Positions 18,101 to 30,295 of a stretch of DNA of 64,000 bases are shown here, one piece after another. Numbering within the stretch: position 1 is the first letter of the stretch; every line of letters starts with the position of its first letter. This stretch comes from Eledone cirrhosa (lineage: Eukaryota): NCBI GenBank assembly GCA_964016885.1, contig OZ024754.1, positions 17,732,001-17,796,000 on the forward strand, given 5' to 3'. The notes beneath the pieces are model-generated. The model worked only from the letters and a program-made list of their open reading frames with translations, made no database searches and was not told where the DNA came from. The position numbers and the translations under genes are program-made.

Positions 18101-18287
18101 AGGAAGTCTACGAAAAACATGGGCGGAGGTGATGAGAGCACACCTCAGATTGCTGAAACTCACGGCGGAGATGACGAAGGACCGTGACAAGTGGAGAGAT
18201 GCTGTGCTCAATAGGACCCATCCCACCCTTGCAAGCAGGGAAAAGCGAACGTAAAATGATGATGATGATAATGATAATGATGATGAG
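15122..18287 (+). mobile_element. RTE-clade LINE, near full length, disrupted ORF (APE endonuclease + RT + PHD insert)
   Basis: ORF fragments show APE motifs (IATLNVGTL, CVQEVRW, AGDFNGH, SQIDF, QHRLV) and RT motifs (NYRGIKL, DLEKAFDRV, YADD). C-terminus is RRLRWYGHVMRM; stop at 18254, then an (ATG)n tail. Several stops and frameshifts; flanked by (TA)n. Confidence 0.95.
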
Positions 18288-18318
<31 letters not shown>

Positions 18319-18440
18319 ATAAATGAAACAAAACAAAATGCAGGAAGCAAAATTACAATTATGTTAAGTTATATACCTACATATACATATGCACAGTATT
18401 GGATACAATTTGTCTAGGCAATATTTACTGGTATATATGT

Positions 18441-18830
18441 GAAGGCACATGGCTTAGTGGTTAGAGCATTGGCTTGCAATCGAAAGGTTGTGAGTTCAAT
18501 TCTCGTACTGGGTGATGTGTTGTTTCCTTGAGCAAGACACTTTATTTCACATTGCTCCAGTTTACTCAGCTGTAGAAATGAGATGATAGGACTGGGGTTC
18601 CTATCATTCCACTGTAAAGTGGTCATGTAGGCGCCACGGAAAAAAAGCACCCAGCACTCACTATAAATGAGGTTGGTGTTAGGAGGGGCATCCAGCTGTA
18701 GAAATCAAGCCAGAATCAGTTCCCGTATGAGCAAGACAAGGTCAGCCGACCGGACACTACCCCCAACAGGACAACCCATCTAACCCATGCTAGCGTGAAA
18801 GAACGGACGTAAAATGGTGATGATGATGAT
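18441..18830 (+). mobile_element. tRNA-headed SINE with RTE-related tail
   Basis: A-box TGGCTTAGTGG, B-box GAGTTCAATTCTC, core CCTTGAGCAAGACACTTT, then GGGCATCCAGC. It ends AACGGACGTAAAATG(ATG)n, like the RTE 3' ends in this window. Confidence 0.8.
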
Positions 18831-18960
18831 ATGTTTGTGTTCGTTTTTCCTTTTTGTTCAGTTATATACGGCTCGGAAAAACCTTTTTCCTAGAGCTACT
18901 TTATTGTAATGAGACTATTTTGAGTTTCTAACTCAATACGTGCTTTTGATATATATATAT

Positions 18961-21900
18961 CATCATCATCATCATCATTTTACGTCCTCTTTTCCCCGTT
19001 TGCAAGGGTGGGACAGGTCTTATTTAGCACAGCATCTCTCCACTTGTCACGGTCCTTCGTCATCTCAACCGTGAACTTCAGTGATCTGAGGTCTGTTCTC
19101 ACCACCTCTGCCCATGTTTTTCGTGGTCTACCTCTACCACGTCTTCCTTCAACTGGCATTTCCTGGAACTTCTTCACCTATTGGTCATCCTCCATGCGCA
19201 TCACATGTCCATACCACCGCAGTCTCCTCTCTCGCATACTACATTCTATCCCTCTCAGACACAGTTTCTCTCTCAGCACATTCATGCTGGGGCGTTCACG
19301 CACATTGACATTGCACATCCAATGGAGCATGTTTGTCTCATATCTCTCCAGCTGTCGCATATCCTCTGCAGTTGCTGCCCATATCTCACTACCATGCAAC
19401 ATCGCGCTCCTCACACAGGCATCATATAACCGGCCTTTCGTACGCAGGGAGAAACCCTTCTTCATCAACAGAGGAAGCAGCTCCCTAAACTTCATCCAAC
19501 CCGTCCTTATTCTAGATACTATGGCCTCGGAACACCCTCCTCCCATGCTAATCTGATCTACTAGGTACCGGAAGCTATCCACCACTTCTATAGCACCCGC
19601 CTGCATTTGAAAAATGTGTCTATCAATGCGACTTCTACTGTCAAATTCCCTGTACATCTACTGCATACGTATTTCTCCCTACCTGTTAGTTTGCCTGCTA
19701 TCCCACTACATCTCTTGAGTACCCAGTATCTGCATCGTGTGCATTTTATAGAATTTATGCCAGTTCCTTTTCTACATATCAAACATGGCCATTTCTCTGA
19801 CAGAATCAGAGTGTTGTCCTCTTTTCTACTCATCAACACTTTTGTCTTAGCTAGGTTCACTCTCAGTCCTCTTACTTCCAACTGCTGTTTCCATAGCCAG
19901 AATTTATTCTCTAGCTCCTCTACTGATTCTGCTATAAGAACCAGATCATCAGCATAGAGAAGTTCCCATGCACAGCCAGTCTTAAACTCCTCTGTTATGG
20001 CTTGGAGGACTATAATGAACAATAGCGGGCTCAGGACTGAACCTTGATGTACTCCTACTTTTATCTGGAATTCCTCACTAAACTCTATTCCTACCCTGAC
20101 TTTACTGACAGTATCTCTGTACAAAGTTTGCACTGTCCTCACAAGCCATTCCTCAACACCTAGTTTCCTTAGGGACCACCAGATGAGAGATCAGGGTACC
20201 CTATCAAAGGCCTTCTCTAGGTCAATAAAGGCTAAGTATAGTGGCTTATTTTTCTGTAAGAACCTCTCTTGTAATTGTCTCACCAAGAAGAGGGCATCTG
20301 TTGTACTCTTCCCAGGCACAAAACCAAACTGCATCTCATCTAATTTGACCCTTTCTCTAATTAGTTGTGCTAAGATCCTTTCTGCCACTTTCATAACCTG
20401 ATCCATCAGTTTTATACCCCTATAATTGCTCCTCTCCAGAGCATCCCCTTTACCTTTGTAGCAATTTATGAGTCTACTGCTGCACCAGTCTTTGGGTATG
20501 ACACCACCATAAATAGCCTGATTGATGATGCATGCAACCAGTTTAGGGCCTACGTCCCCTGATGCCTTCAGCATCTCAGCAACTATCCCCGATGGTCCAG
20601 CAGCCTTACCATTTTTCATTTCCTTAATCGCCTCTTGGACCCTATATTCGTCAATCTCAATAGCTGGTCCCTCTGTCGGATCTACTGAGGGTAATTTCTC
20701 TCTCTCCCATTCGTTCTCCACATTCATCAGTCTCCCATAATGACATTTCCAGGCCTCCTTTTTCTGATCATTCGTGACACTAAGTACACCGGCATCATTC
20801 TGGACACATTTATCTCCAACAACATCCTGATTTGCATTGACACACTGCCTTGCAATGTGGAACACCACACGCCTCTGATCTTCCCGTCGCAGAACATTGG
20901 CAAACCTCCTACTCTCAGTCTCCCTGTGTGCTAAGTACACCTGATGTCTAGCTTCTCTCTCAGCGGCTGTGTATCCTTCTCTACTCCCACCCCTTTTCGA
21001 AGCCTTCCATGCTAGTCTTTTGTCTCTAATGGCCTTATCTACTGTGCTGTTCCACCACCAGGTCACTCTCTGTCTGGTTGGAGTTCTGCTCCAGCCACAA
21101 GTTTCATCAGTGGCCTGCAGTATGTTGTCACGTAAGAAATTCCAGTTATTATCTATGTCATACGTCGCTAAATCGTCTTCTTTTTCATCATTCACATCTT
21201 GAAGGGCTTTCCTAAATTTGTATTTCAGTCAAAGGTCTTTTAGCTTCCAGACCTTTCTTCTCCACACCTTCCTGTATGTCTCATTCCATCTCTTGCTTAC
21301 TGAGATATCACTAATGACTAACCTATGCTGTGGGGTACATTCTTCCCCGGGGTACGCGTTGGTATTAGACACTATCTTCCGATCCCGCTGCCTAACTAGT
21401 AAACAGTCAATCTGGCTTATGTACTCGCCAGATTTGTAGGTTATTAGGTGGTTGGCAGGTTTCTGGAAGCTAGTGTTGCAAATAGTCAGTGTACTTGCAT
21501 CACAAAATTCAAGAAGTCTCACTCCTTATTCATTTCTTGAGCCGTAACAGTGCCCACTATATACCCCAGTGTAACCATTCTGGAGCTGTCCAACATGACC
21601 ATTAAAGACCCCTGCTAGCATAACGATGTCTCCGTCCTCTGTCATTGCGGTTGTTTGTAAAAGTTGCTCGTAAAAGCAGTCTTTCTCTTCTTTTCCTAGG
21701 CCTGCTTAGGGAGCATAGGCAGAGATGATTGTCAGTAGTCTCCTGCCTACAACTAATCTAAACTTAATTATTCGATTACTAACTCGAACTACCTCTATTG
21801 TTTTATTGATCCATCTCTCAGCCAGGAAAATGCCTACTCCCACTAACCCATCATCCTTACCTACCCAGAAAAGCTTATAGCTAAGATGTTTGCCTATGAC

Positions 21901-22205
21901 TAGTCTCGCAGAGGCACCTCTCCATCTCATCTCTTGCATGCAGCTCACATCCACATGCCTTCTCTCCAGCATCTCCGGTATTTCAGCAGATCTACCTCTG
22001 AGAGTGTCAACATTAAGTGTTGCAACTCTGAGATGCGACATCTTCATATTTTGTTGTTCCTATATACTTGTTGCTGTGCTAATAATCGTTTTGGCATTGA
22101 TACACTGGTTGGATGCCCTTCCTAACACCAGCTCCACTTTACAGCATGGACTGGGTGCTTTTATTTGTGCCACCAGCACTAGAGAGGATGTCTTACTAGA
22201 CTCAA
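18961..22205 (-). mobile_element. RTE-clade LINE, near full length, disrupted; same family as 15122-18287
   Basis: ORF pieces 22047-21706, 21522-21229, 21195-20191, 20142-19588, 19657-19178 and 19177-18980 reconstruct APE-RT-PHD-C-terminus. (CAT)n tail at 18961-18978. Confidence 0.95.
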
Positions 22206-22286
22206 GGGCCCTCTCTACCCTTCCATTTTATATATATATATATATATGTATTTAGCATTCAAATTTGTTCTCTCTCTCTCTCTCTT

Positions 22287-22321
<35 letters not shown>

Positions 22322-22443
22322 CTGTTCACTCTGAGGAGAAATTTATTAATTACTCTATCATCGAGTGGTTTGTGGCAGTGTTTGGTGATCGAGGCTAATC
22401 TGGTACTTGCACTGCAACTTCAATTATACTCAGTACTATTATA

Positions 22444-23578
22444 TCATCATCATCATCATCATCATCATTTTATGTCCGCTTTTCCCTGCTTGCAAGGGTG
22501 GGACGGGTCTTATTCAGCACAGCATCTCTCCACTCGTCACGGTCCTTCGTCATCTCCACCGTGAGCTTCAATGATCTGAGGTCTGTTCTCACCACCTCCG
22601 CCCATGTTTTTCGTGGTCTACCTCTACCACGTCTTCCTTCAACTGGCAATTCCTGGCACTTCTTCACCCATCGGTCATCCTCCATGCGCATCACATGTCC
22701 ATACCACCTCAGTCTTCTCTCCCGTACACTACATTCTATCCCTCTCAGACACAGTTTCTCTCTCAACACATTTATGCTGGGTCATTCACGTACATTTACA
22801 CTGCACATCCAACGGAGCATGCTTGCCTCATTTCTCTCCAGCTGTCGCATATCCTCTGCAGTTGCTGCCCATGTCTAACTACCATGCAGCATCGCGCTCC
22901 TCACACAGGCATCATACAACCGGCCTTTCGTACGCAGGGAGAAACCCTTCTTCATCAACAGAGGAAGCAGCTCCCTAAACTTCATCCAACCCGTCCTTAT
23001 TCTAGATACTATGGCCTCGGAACACCCTCCTCCCATGCTAATCTGATCTACTAGGTACCGGAAGCTATCCACCACTTCTATAGCGCCCTCCTGCATTTGA
23101 AAAATGTGTCTATCAATGCGACTTCTACTGTCTAATTTCCCTGTACATCTACTGCATACATATTTCTCTCTACCTGTTAGTTTACCTGCTATCCCGCTAC
23201 ATCTCTTGTGTACCCAGGATCTGCATTGTGTGCATTTTATAGAATTTATGCCAGTTCCTTTTCTGCATATCGAACATGGCCATTTCCCTGACGGAATCAG
23301 GGTTTTGTCCTCTTTTCTACTCATCAACACTTTTGTCTTAGCTAGGTTCACTCTCAGTCCTCTTGCTTCCAACTGCTGTTTCCATAGCCAGAATTTATTC
23401 TCTAGCTCCTCTACTGATTCTGCTATAAGAACCAGATCATCAGCATAGAGAAGTTCCCATGGACAGCCAGTCTTAAACTCCTCTGTTATGGCTTGGAGGA
23501 CTATAATGAACAAGAGCGGGCTGAGGACCGAACCCTGATGTACTCCTACTTGTATCTGGAATTCCTCACTAAACTCAA
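22444..23578 (-). mobile_element. 5'-truncated RTE LINE (RT C-half, intact PHD, 3' end)
   Basis: QGSVLSP, YADD, GLRVNLAKTK, C4HC3 finger, FRYL, RRLRWYGHV; (CAT)n tail; 5' end abuts (TA)n. Confidence 0.95.
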
Positions 23579-23672
23579 TATATATATATATATATATATT
23601 ACTTTAGAACATTTTGTAGTACATTCCTTTCAGTAATTTTCTGTCAATGTCTTTATTTTGTCTTATATTTAC

Positions 23673-23852
23673 CTTCCAACCTTTTTATCTGTTTCTCCAG
23701 TGATCTACATTTGGCAAACTCTTCTTTATAGTAACTTTGCATTTTAATCACTTCTTCTTGGGAACTCCTCACTTCTTCATCTTTATCATTGAGACGTTGG
23801 TTTAGATCATTCTTCATGTCATCATGTTCTAATTCACTTCTTATTTTCATTG
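23673..23852 (-). CDS. Coiled-coil gene, 180-nt repeat exon G (AMKIRSELEHDDMKNDL...KCRSLEKQIKRLE)
   Basis: Open frame, acceptor ATTGAAG|, donor GAAG|GTAAAT, phase 1-1, homologous to the other array exons. Confidence 0.75.
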
Positions 23853-23984
23853 CTTCAATTTGTTTTGGCAAGTATTTAAATAAAAAATGTTATATTAAGT
23901 TAAGATAGATTCGATATCAATTATAAATATATATATTTTCATGTTGTATAAACTATGTCATTGTTATATATTTTATTTTTTCGT

Positions 23985-24175
23985 CAAACCAACCGGTAGG
24001 ATAACCAGGGGTAGACTCCGGGCAAGAAGTTTGGATAACATCCATGAGCTTGACTGGTCTCACTTGAGGATCCAGCCGGATCAGTTGGAGATGGTTGCTT
24101 CTAACAGGACCTGCTGGAAAGAGTGTTTGAGGATTCTGCCCCCATGACCCTCTCAGGAATAAGGGGGTAAAGGAA
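23985..24175 (+). mobile_element. 3' fragment of a second RTE-like LINE family
   Basis: Translation KPTGRITRGRLRARSLDNIHEL...ASNRTCWKECLRILPP resembles the RTE C-terminal GRRPRGRP...W...DR..W pattern. Confidence 0.6.
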
Positions 24176-24721
24176 TATTGTCACAGGTAAACACACATAC
24201 ACATATATAAATACACACATACATACACATACATACAGATATACATAAACATGCAGATACATGATAGCTGTTGACTCACTATGGAGTATTACTACATTTT
24301 GTGTCCCCTACTTCTTTCCCTTGAAATATGTAAAGCCTCCCTCCTAAGGGTTTTCAAGATGACAAAGATATTCCCCAATATAGCAACACTGACATCCTAT
24401 TGTTAAGACACCAATGACACTTCAGTATGTGATGTAGCCAAATATGTGACCAGAGTCATGTGACTGTTCTAATATACACAACACTTCCTATGTGTCTTTA
24501 TATAAACTATAGAAGTGACAGTGTTACATTGTCTCACATGAGTGTTGACACCCTAATTACTGCAATGGAAAAGTCTACCATCTGTTTATGCTTTCATAAA
24601 GACTAAATTCTTAGATGTACTGGAAGAAAATAGGAAAACATCACAGTTTACGGTGACAAATATCTGTTTGATTTTGTATTTTTTTGTCTATGTAAACATT
24701 TTTGTTATGTGTGTGTGTGTA

Positions 24722-25778
24722 TTAACACTTTAGTATTTAAACTGGCCATATCCGGCCAGAATTCTCTCACCTCTTTCTGTTCAAACCAGCCATAACTAGC
24801 CCCTCATACTTATGTATTGTTCTCAAAATAAATAATATCAAAATCTCGTAGATTCAATATTATGTGTGATAAAACCTTTACCATGAAAATACTATAGTAA
24901 ATATAGAGTAATCATCATCATCATTTTACGTCTGCTTTTCCCTACTTGCAAGGGTGGGACGGGTCTTATTCAGCACAGCATCTTTCCACTTGTTACGGTC
25001 CTTCGTCATCTCAACCGTGAACTTCAGTGATCTGAGGTCTGTTCTCACCACCTCTGCCCATGTTTTTCGTGGTCTACCTCTACACGTCTTCCTTCAACTG
25101 GCATTTCCTGGAACTTCTTCACCCATTGGTTATCCTCCATGCGCATCACATGTCCATACCACCGCCGTCTACATTCTATCCCTCTCAGACACAGTTTCTC
25201 TCTCAGCACATTCATGCTGGGGCGTTCACGCACATTGACATTGCACATCCAATGGAGCATGCTTGTCTCATATCTCTCCAGCCATCGCATATCCTCTGCA
25301 GTTGCTGCCCATATCTCACTACCATGCAACATCGCGCTCCTCACACAGGCATCATATAACTGGCCTTTCGTACGCAGGGAGAAACCCTTCTTCGTCAGCT
25401 CCCTAAACTTCTTCCAACCCGTCCTTATTCTAGATACTATGGCCTCGGAACACCCCCCTTCCATGCTAATCTGAGCTCCTAGGTACCGGAAGCTATCCAC
25501 CACTTCTATAGCACCCGCCTTCATTTGAAAAATGTGTCTATCAATGCAACTTCTACTATCTAATTTCCCTGTACATCTACTACATATGTATTTTTCCCTA
25601 CCTGTTAGTTTGCCTGCTATCCCACTACATCTCTTGAGTACCCAGTATCTGCATTGTGTGCATTTTATAGAATTTATGCCAGTTCCTTTTCTGCATATCG
25701 AACATGGCCATTTCCCTGACGGAATCAGAGTTTTGTCCTCTTTTCTAATCAAGAGTAATGTAAATGCTAAAGGGTTAA
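24722..25778. mobile_element. piggyBac-like MITE (TTAA-flanked) interrupted by an RTE insertion
   Basis: Left end TTAA-CACTTTAGTATTTA and right end TAAATGCTAAAGGG-TTAA form imperfect terminal inverted repeats. The same terminus recurs at 37347-37426. Confidence 0.65.
24913..25750 (-). mobile_element. 5'-truncated RTE LINE with 8-bp target-site duplication
   Basis: ORF 25752-25045 covers PHD, FRYLG and the C-terminus; (CAT)n tail; AGAGTAAT at 24905-24912 and 25752-25759. Confidence 0.92.
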
Positions 25779-25838
25779 TGGATACTTTGTATATAATAAT
25801 GTGTGTGTGTCTATCTATTTATATATATATATATACAT

Positions 25839-25963
25839 ATAATCACTTTTTATTTTAAACATTTCTTCCTTGGAAAACTTCACTTCCTCATCTTGTTCAA
25901 CGAGATGTCCAGCCAGTTCTTCCTTCATTTCATTGTATTCTAGTTCATAACTTTCTTTCATCA
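25839..25963 (-). pseudogene. Truncated repeat exon F (MKESYELEYNEMKEELAGHLVEQDEEVKFSKEEMFKIKSDY), donor half lost
   Basis: Same ATTGAAG| acceptor and homologous peptide, but it runs into (AT)n after ~125 nt with no G|GTAAAT donor. Confidence 0.7.
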
Positions 25964-26673
25964 CTTCAATTTGTTTTTGAAAATATTCAAATAAAATGAA
26001 ATGTTATGTTAGGTTAATATTTATTAGATGTCATTATAAATATTTTGTCAATATTGAATGAATATTGAATGAATAATGATGTCATTTTTTACTTAACTTT
26101 AGTAATATTACAACTTATTGATCTAGGAAGCAATTTAATAATTTGTACCATCTATAATGTTTTATGTTGAGTTAATATAAATTACTTACATCTAGATATA
26201 TGTATGGTTGAGATAGTTGATGTCTCTTTTTATGTTTCTCTCTCATATCAAGGTTTTAGAAAAAAAAACTGAATATCTTTGTATTTCACATGTGTGGTAC
26301 CTACATTTAAATGAGGTCTGGGAATATAGAAATGTGTCTTAATCCAAGAATTCTGGTCTTTGGAGGAAAGACAACACTCATAATATATAGGTACAGAGAA
26401 AAGATGTGGATCTTTTGTTCAAAAGTATCAATAATATCTTAAGCTGAATTTTATGTAAAAAATATGTAGGACATCCACTGTTTGGGTAAAAGTCTAATCA
26501 ACAGACATCATACTAAACATAGAAGTTAAACCCTGAGTTAAAACAACATTTTCTCATGTCAATGCTCTGGTTAGTTTTTCTTTATCTAAATTTCATTCAC
26601 CAAATTTCTTTTAACTGCTATATTTTACATTAAACAGATTATTTCAAAGAAGTCATGATGTCATTATATTTAC

Positions 26674-26853
26674 CTTCCAGCATCTTTATTTCTCCCTCTA
26701 ATCTTTTACATTTGTTAAACTCATCTTTGTAGTCACTTTGTAATCTAGCCACTTCTTTCTCCAAAGTCTTCAATTCCCCATCTTTTTCTCTAAGGTGTTG
26801 GTTCAGGTCTTTCTTTATTTCATCATATTCCAATTCACCTTTTAATTTCATCT
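26674..26853 (-). CDS. Coiled-coil gene, 180-nt repeat exon E (EMKLKGELEYDEIKKDL...KCKRLEGEIKMLE)
   Basis: Open frame, acceptor ATTAAAG|, donor GAAG|GTAAAT, phase 1-1. Confidence 0.75.
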
Positions 26854-26956
26854 CTTTAATTTGTTTTAGAAAACATTCAAACAAATATAAAATGTTATAT
26901 TAAGATAGAATAGATGTCATTGTAAATACATTCTTGTTAATATTGCAAGAATAATT

Positions 26957-27085
26957 GTTTCTGCTTTTGGCATGAGGCCAGCATTTACCCCAGTGCATTA
27001 CTAGTGCTTCATTTTATCGACCCCGTAAGGATGAAAGACAAAGCCAACTTCGGTGGGATTTGAACTCAGATCATAAAGGGGCATA
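26957..27085 (-). mobile_element. Nin/Deu-type SINE fragment
   Basis: TTTTATCGACCCCGTAAGGATGAAAG...GATTTGAACTCAGA is the reverse complement of the core of the 14708 SINE. Confidence 0.7.
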
Positions 27086-27424
27086 ATATTGTAAGAACAA
27101 TGATTCCATTCTTGGCTTACCTTCAGCAATATTACTTATTGATCTAGAAATTAATGATCTTTTTCAGCAAATGACTTGGTGGATTTACTGAAGACTTAAC
27201 CAACAGGTTGTAGTGGGTTATATGTTATCTGCAGTACACAAGGACAACCTGAGGTGTACACCATCGTTACATTAATAACTGCGTTTATATGACCACTGAA
27301 TCATACATATATATTGTATGCACCACCAACACCCCACTCTCCCACACATTTCTCATGAGGGCAGGCTGTAGCATACATCTAGTGAAGCCTCTAGCCCACA
27401 ATATAAAGTGGTTGTGATGGTGAT

Positions 27425-27620
27425 ATGGCAAAAAGCACCCAACTCACACTGTAAAGTAGTTGTGTAGGTGTCACAACAAAATGCACCTAGCACACACTAT
27501 AAATGTGGTTGGCATTGGGAAGGGCATCCAGCCATAGAAACCAAGCCAGAAACAGTTCTGTGTGAGCAAGACATGGTCTCCAGACCCAACTTGCCTCAAA
27601 AAGTCTAACCCATTCTAGTA
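27425..27620 (+). mobile_element. RTE-related SINE tail fragment
   Basis: AAAAAGCACCC...GGTTGGCATTGGGAAGGGCATCCAGCCATAGAAAC...CTAACCCAT, as in 18640-18800. Confidence 0.65.
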
Positions 27621-27638
27621 TGATATCAATATATTTAC

Positions 27639-27818
27639 CTTGCAGCATCTTTATTTGTTCCTCCAGTGATTGACATTTGGTAACCTCTTCATTATAGCAA
27701 CTCTGTATTTTAAGCAATTCTTTCTTCAAAGACTTCATGTCATCATCTTTTGATTTGACATGGCGGCTGAGTTCTATTTTAATTTCATTGTATTCCAATT
27801 CACCTTTTAATCTCATTC
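27639..27818 (-). CDS. Coiled-coil gene, 180-nt repeat exon D (GMRLKGELEYNEIKIEL...KCQSLEEQIKMLQ)
   Basis: Open frame, acceptor ATTGAAG|, donor CAAG|GTAAAT, phase 1-1. Confidence 0.75.
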
Positions 27819-28009
27819 CTTCAATTAGTTTTTGAAAACATTTAAATAAAAATGAAATGTTATGTCAAGTTAAGGTAGATTAAATGTTGTGATAAATATA
27901 TTTAGATTTATGTGTTTATGTATAGAACAATGAAAACAAGATAGTAGTCTGAGGTAGATAGTTAATTAGTTCATTGTTTTAGGATTGTTTCAGATGCTAA
28001 GTTCAGTTA

Positions 28010-28361
28010 CCACAGTTGGAACTTATTCTCTAGTTCTTCCATAGATTCAGCTATAAGAACCAGATCATCCACATAAAGAAGTTCCAATGGATACCCAGTC
28101 TTAAACTCCTCTGTTATAGCCTAGATAACTTTAATAAATAGAAGTGGGCTGAGGACTAAGTCCTGATGCATTCTTACCTACACCTTGAATTCATCACTAA
28201 AATCTCTTCCTACTCTCACTTTACCAACAGCTCCTCTGTACATTGCTTGCACTGTTCTCAGAGGCTTTTCTTCTATACCTAGCTTCCTTAAGGACAACAA
28301 GATGACAGATTGAGTCACTCTGTCAAAGGCCTTCATTAGATTAACAAAAGCTAAATAAATG
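28010..28361 (-). mobile_element. Old internal RTE RT fragment
   Basis: Degenerate copy of the KAFDRV...LSPLLF...YVDDLVLIAES region. Confidence 0.8.
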
Positions 28362-28396
28362 TTATTTCAAAGAAGTTATGATATGGTCATATTTAC

Positions 28397-28576
28397 CTTT
28401 CAGTGTCTTTGTCTGTTCCTCCAATGATTTACATTTGGTAGTCTCTTCTTCATAGATACTTTGCATTTTAATCACTTCTTGCTTGGAAGCCTTCACTTCC
28501 TCATCTTTTTCATTGAGACGTCGGGTCAGTTCTTTCTTTATTTCATTGAAATTTAATTCATCATTTACTTTCATCT
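28397..28576 (-). CDS. Coiled-coil gene, 180-nt repeat exon C (EMKVNDELNFNEIKKEL...KCKSLEEQTKTLK)
   Basis: Open frame, acceptor ATTGAAG|, donor AAAG|GTAAAT, phase 1-1. Confidence 0.75.
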
Positions 28577-28954
28577 CTTCAATTTGTTTTTGAAAAGAGT
28601 AAAATATAAATGAAATGTTGTTAGATTAGGAGAGATTAGAAGTCATTATAGATATATTTGTTAATATTGAGTGACTTTATTTATTACTTAACTTACTGGT
28701 ACACCTGAGACAATATGGTCATATATTTGGACATGGTTCCTTTCTAATACAATATGACATAGACCAATATATTACTGGTATATATATGGCAGCTTGAACG
28801 TACTAACTCAACACAATTCCCCATATTAACCCATTCAATAAAACCCACATCTTTTACTCTTACCACATTCACCGTTACATCAACAGACAACAAACTAAAC
28901 ACAAAAGTTAAACTAGAGATAATATCAAATATTTCTATGTTATTCCTCTGTCTA

Positions 28955-29288
28955 GAAGGCACATAACTTAGTGGTTAGAGCATTGGGTTTGCAATCGGAA
29001 GGTTGTGAGTTTGATTCTTGAACAGGGTGATGCTTTGTGTTCTTGAGCAAGACACTTTATTTCATATTGCTCCAGTTCACTCAGCTGTAGAAATTAGTTG
29101 TGACGTCACTGGTGTCAAGCTGTAACAGCCATTGTCTTTCCCTTGGACATCATCGGTGGCATGGAGAGGAGATGCTGGTATGCATGGGCAACTGGTGGTC
29201 TACCACAACCTTGCTCGGACTTGTGCCTCGGAGGTCAACTTTCTAGGTACACATCCCATGGTCATTCGTGACCGAAGGGGTCATTACA
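28955..29288 (+). mobile_element. tRNA-headed SINE (same head as 18441, different tail)
   Basis: GAAGGCACATAACTAGTGGTTAGAGC...GAGTTTGATTC...CTTGAGCAAGACACTTT...CTCAGCTGTAGAAAT. Confidence 0.75.
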
Positions 29289-29419
29289 CTTACTCTCTGT
29301 GTAGTTTTTTGCTTCAGTTAAATTCTTTGTTTTCTTTCAACTGCTTTATATCACATTGAAAAGATTATTTTTAGGAAATTATGATTTTCTTTCAATGTTT
29401 TTTATCTTATTATATTTAC

Positions 29420-29599
29420 CTTGTAGCTCATTTATCTGTTCCTCCAGTGATTTACATTTGATAATCTCTTTTTCATAGTTACTTTGTAATCTAATCATTT
29501 CTTCCTTGGAAGACTTCACATCCTCATCTTTTTCACCGAGATGCTCGGTCAGTTTGTTCTTCATTTCATCATATTCTAATTCACCTTTTAATCTCTTCT
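29420..29599 (-). CDS. Coiled-coil gene, 180-nt repeat exon B (EKRLKGELEYDEMKNKL...KCKSLEEQINELQ)
   Basis: Open frame, acceptor ATTGAAG|, donor CAAG|GTAAAT, phase 1-1. Confidence 0.75.
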
Positions 29600-30295
29600 C
29601 TTCAATTTGTTCAAAATAAAAATGAAATGTTATGTTAGGCTAATATTTATTAGATGTCATTATAAATATTTTGTCAATATTGAATGAATATTGAATGAAT
29701 AATGATGTCATTCTTGACTTAACTTTAGTAATATTACAACTTATTGATCTAGGAAGTAATTTAATAATTTGTACCATCTATAATGTTTTATGTTGAGTTA
29801 ATATAAATTACTTACATCTAGATATATGTATGGTTGAGATAGTTGATGTCTCTTTTTATGTCTCTCTCTCATATCAAGGTTTTAGAAAAAAAAACTGAAT
29901 ATCTTTGTATTTCACATGTGTGGTCCTACATTTAAATGAGTTCTGGGAATATAGAAATTTGTCTTAATCCAAGAATTCTGGTCTTTGGAGGAAAGACAAC
30001 ACACAGAATATATAGGTACAGAGAAAAGATGTGGATCTTTTGTTCAAAAGTATCAATAATATCTTAAGCTGAATTTTATGTAAAAAATATGTAGGACATC
30101 CACTGTTTGGGTAAAAGTCTAATCAACAGACATCATACTAAACATAGAAGTTAAACCCTGAGTTAAAACTACATTTTCACATGTCAATCCTCAGGTTAGT
30201 TTTTCTTCAGCTAAACTCTTAGAAAATTTCTTTCAACAGATTTATTTTACATTGAAAATATTATTTATAAGAAATGACGATATCATTATATTTAC

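Noticed and set aside
18441-18515. tRNA genes at 14708, 18441, 28955 and 31443
   Set aside because: A/B boxes are followed by SINE bodies; no complete cloverleaf or acceptor stem is evident.
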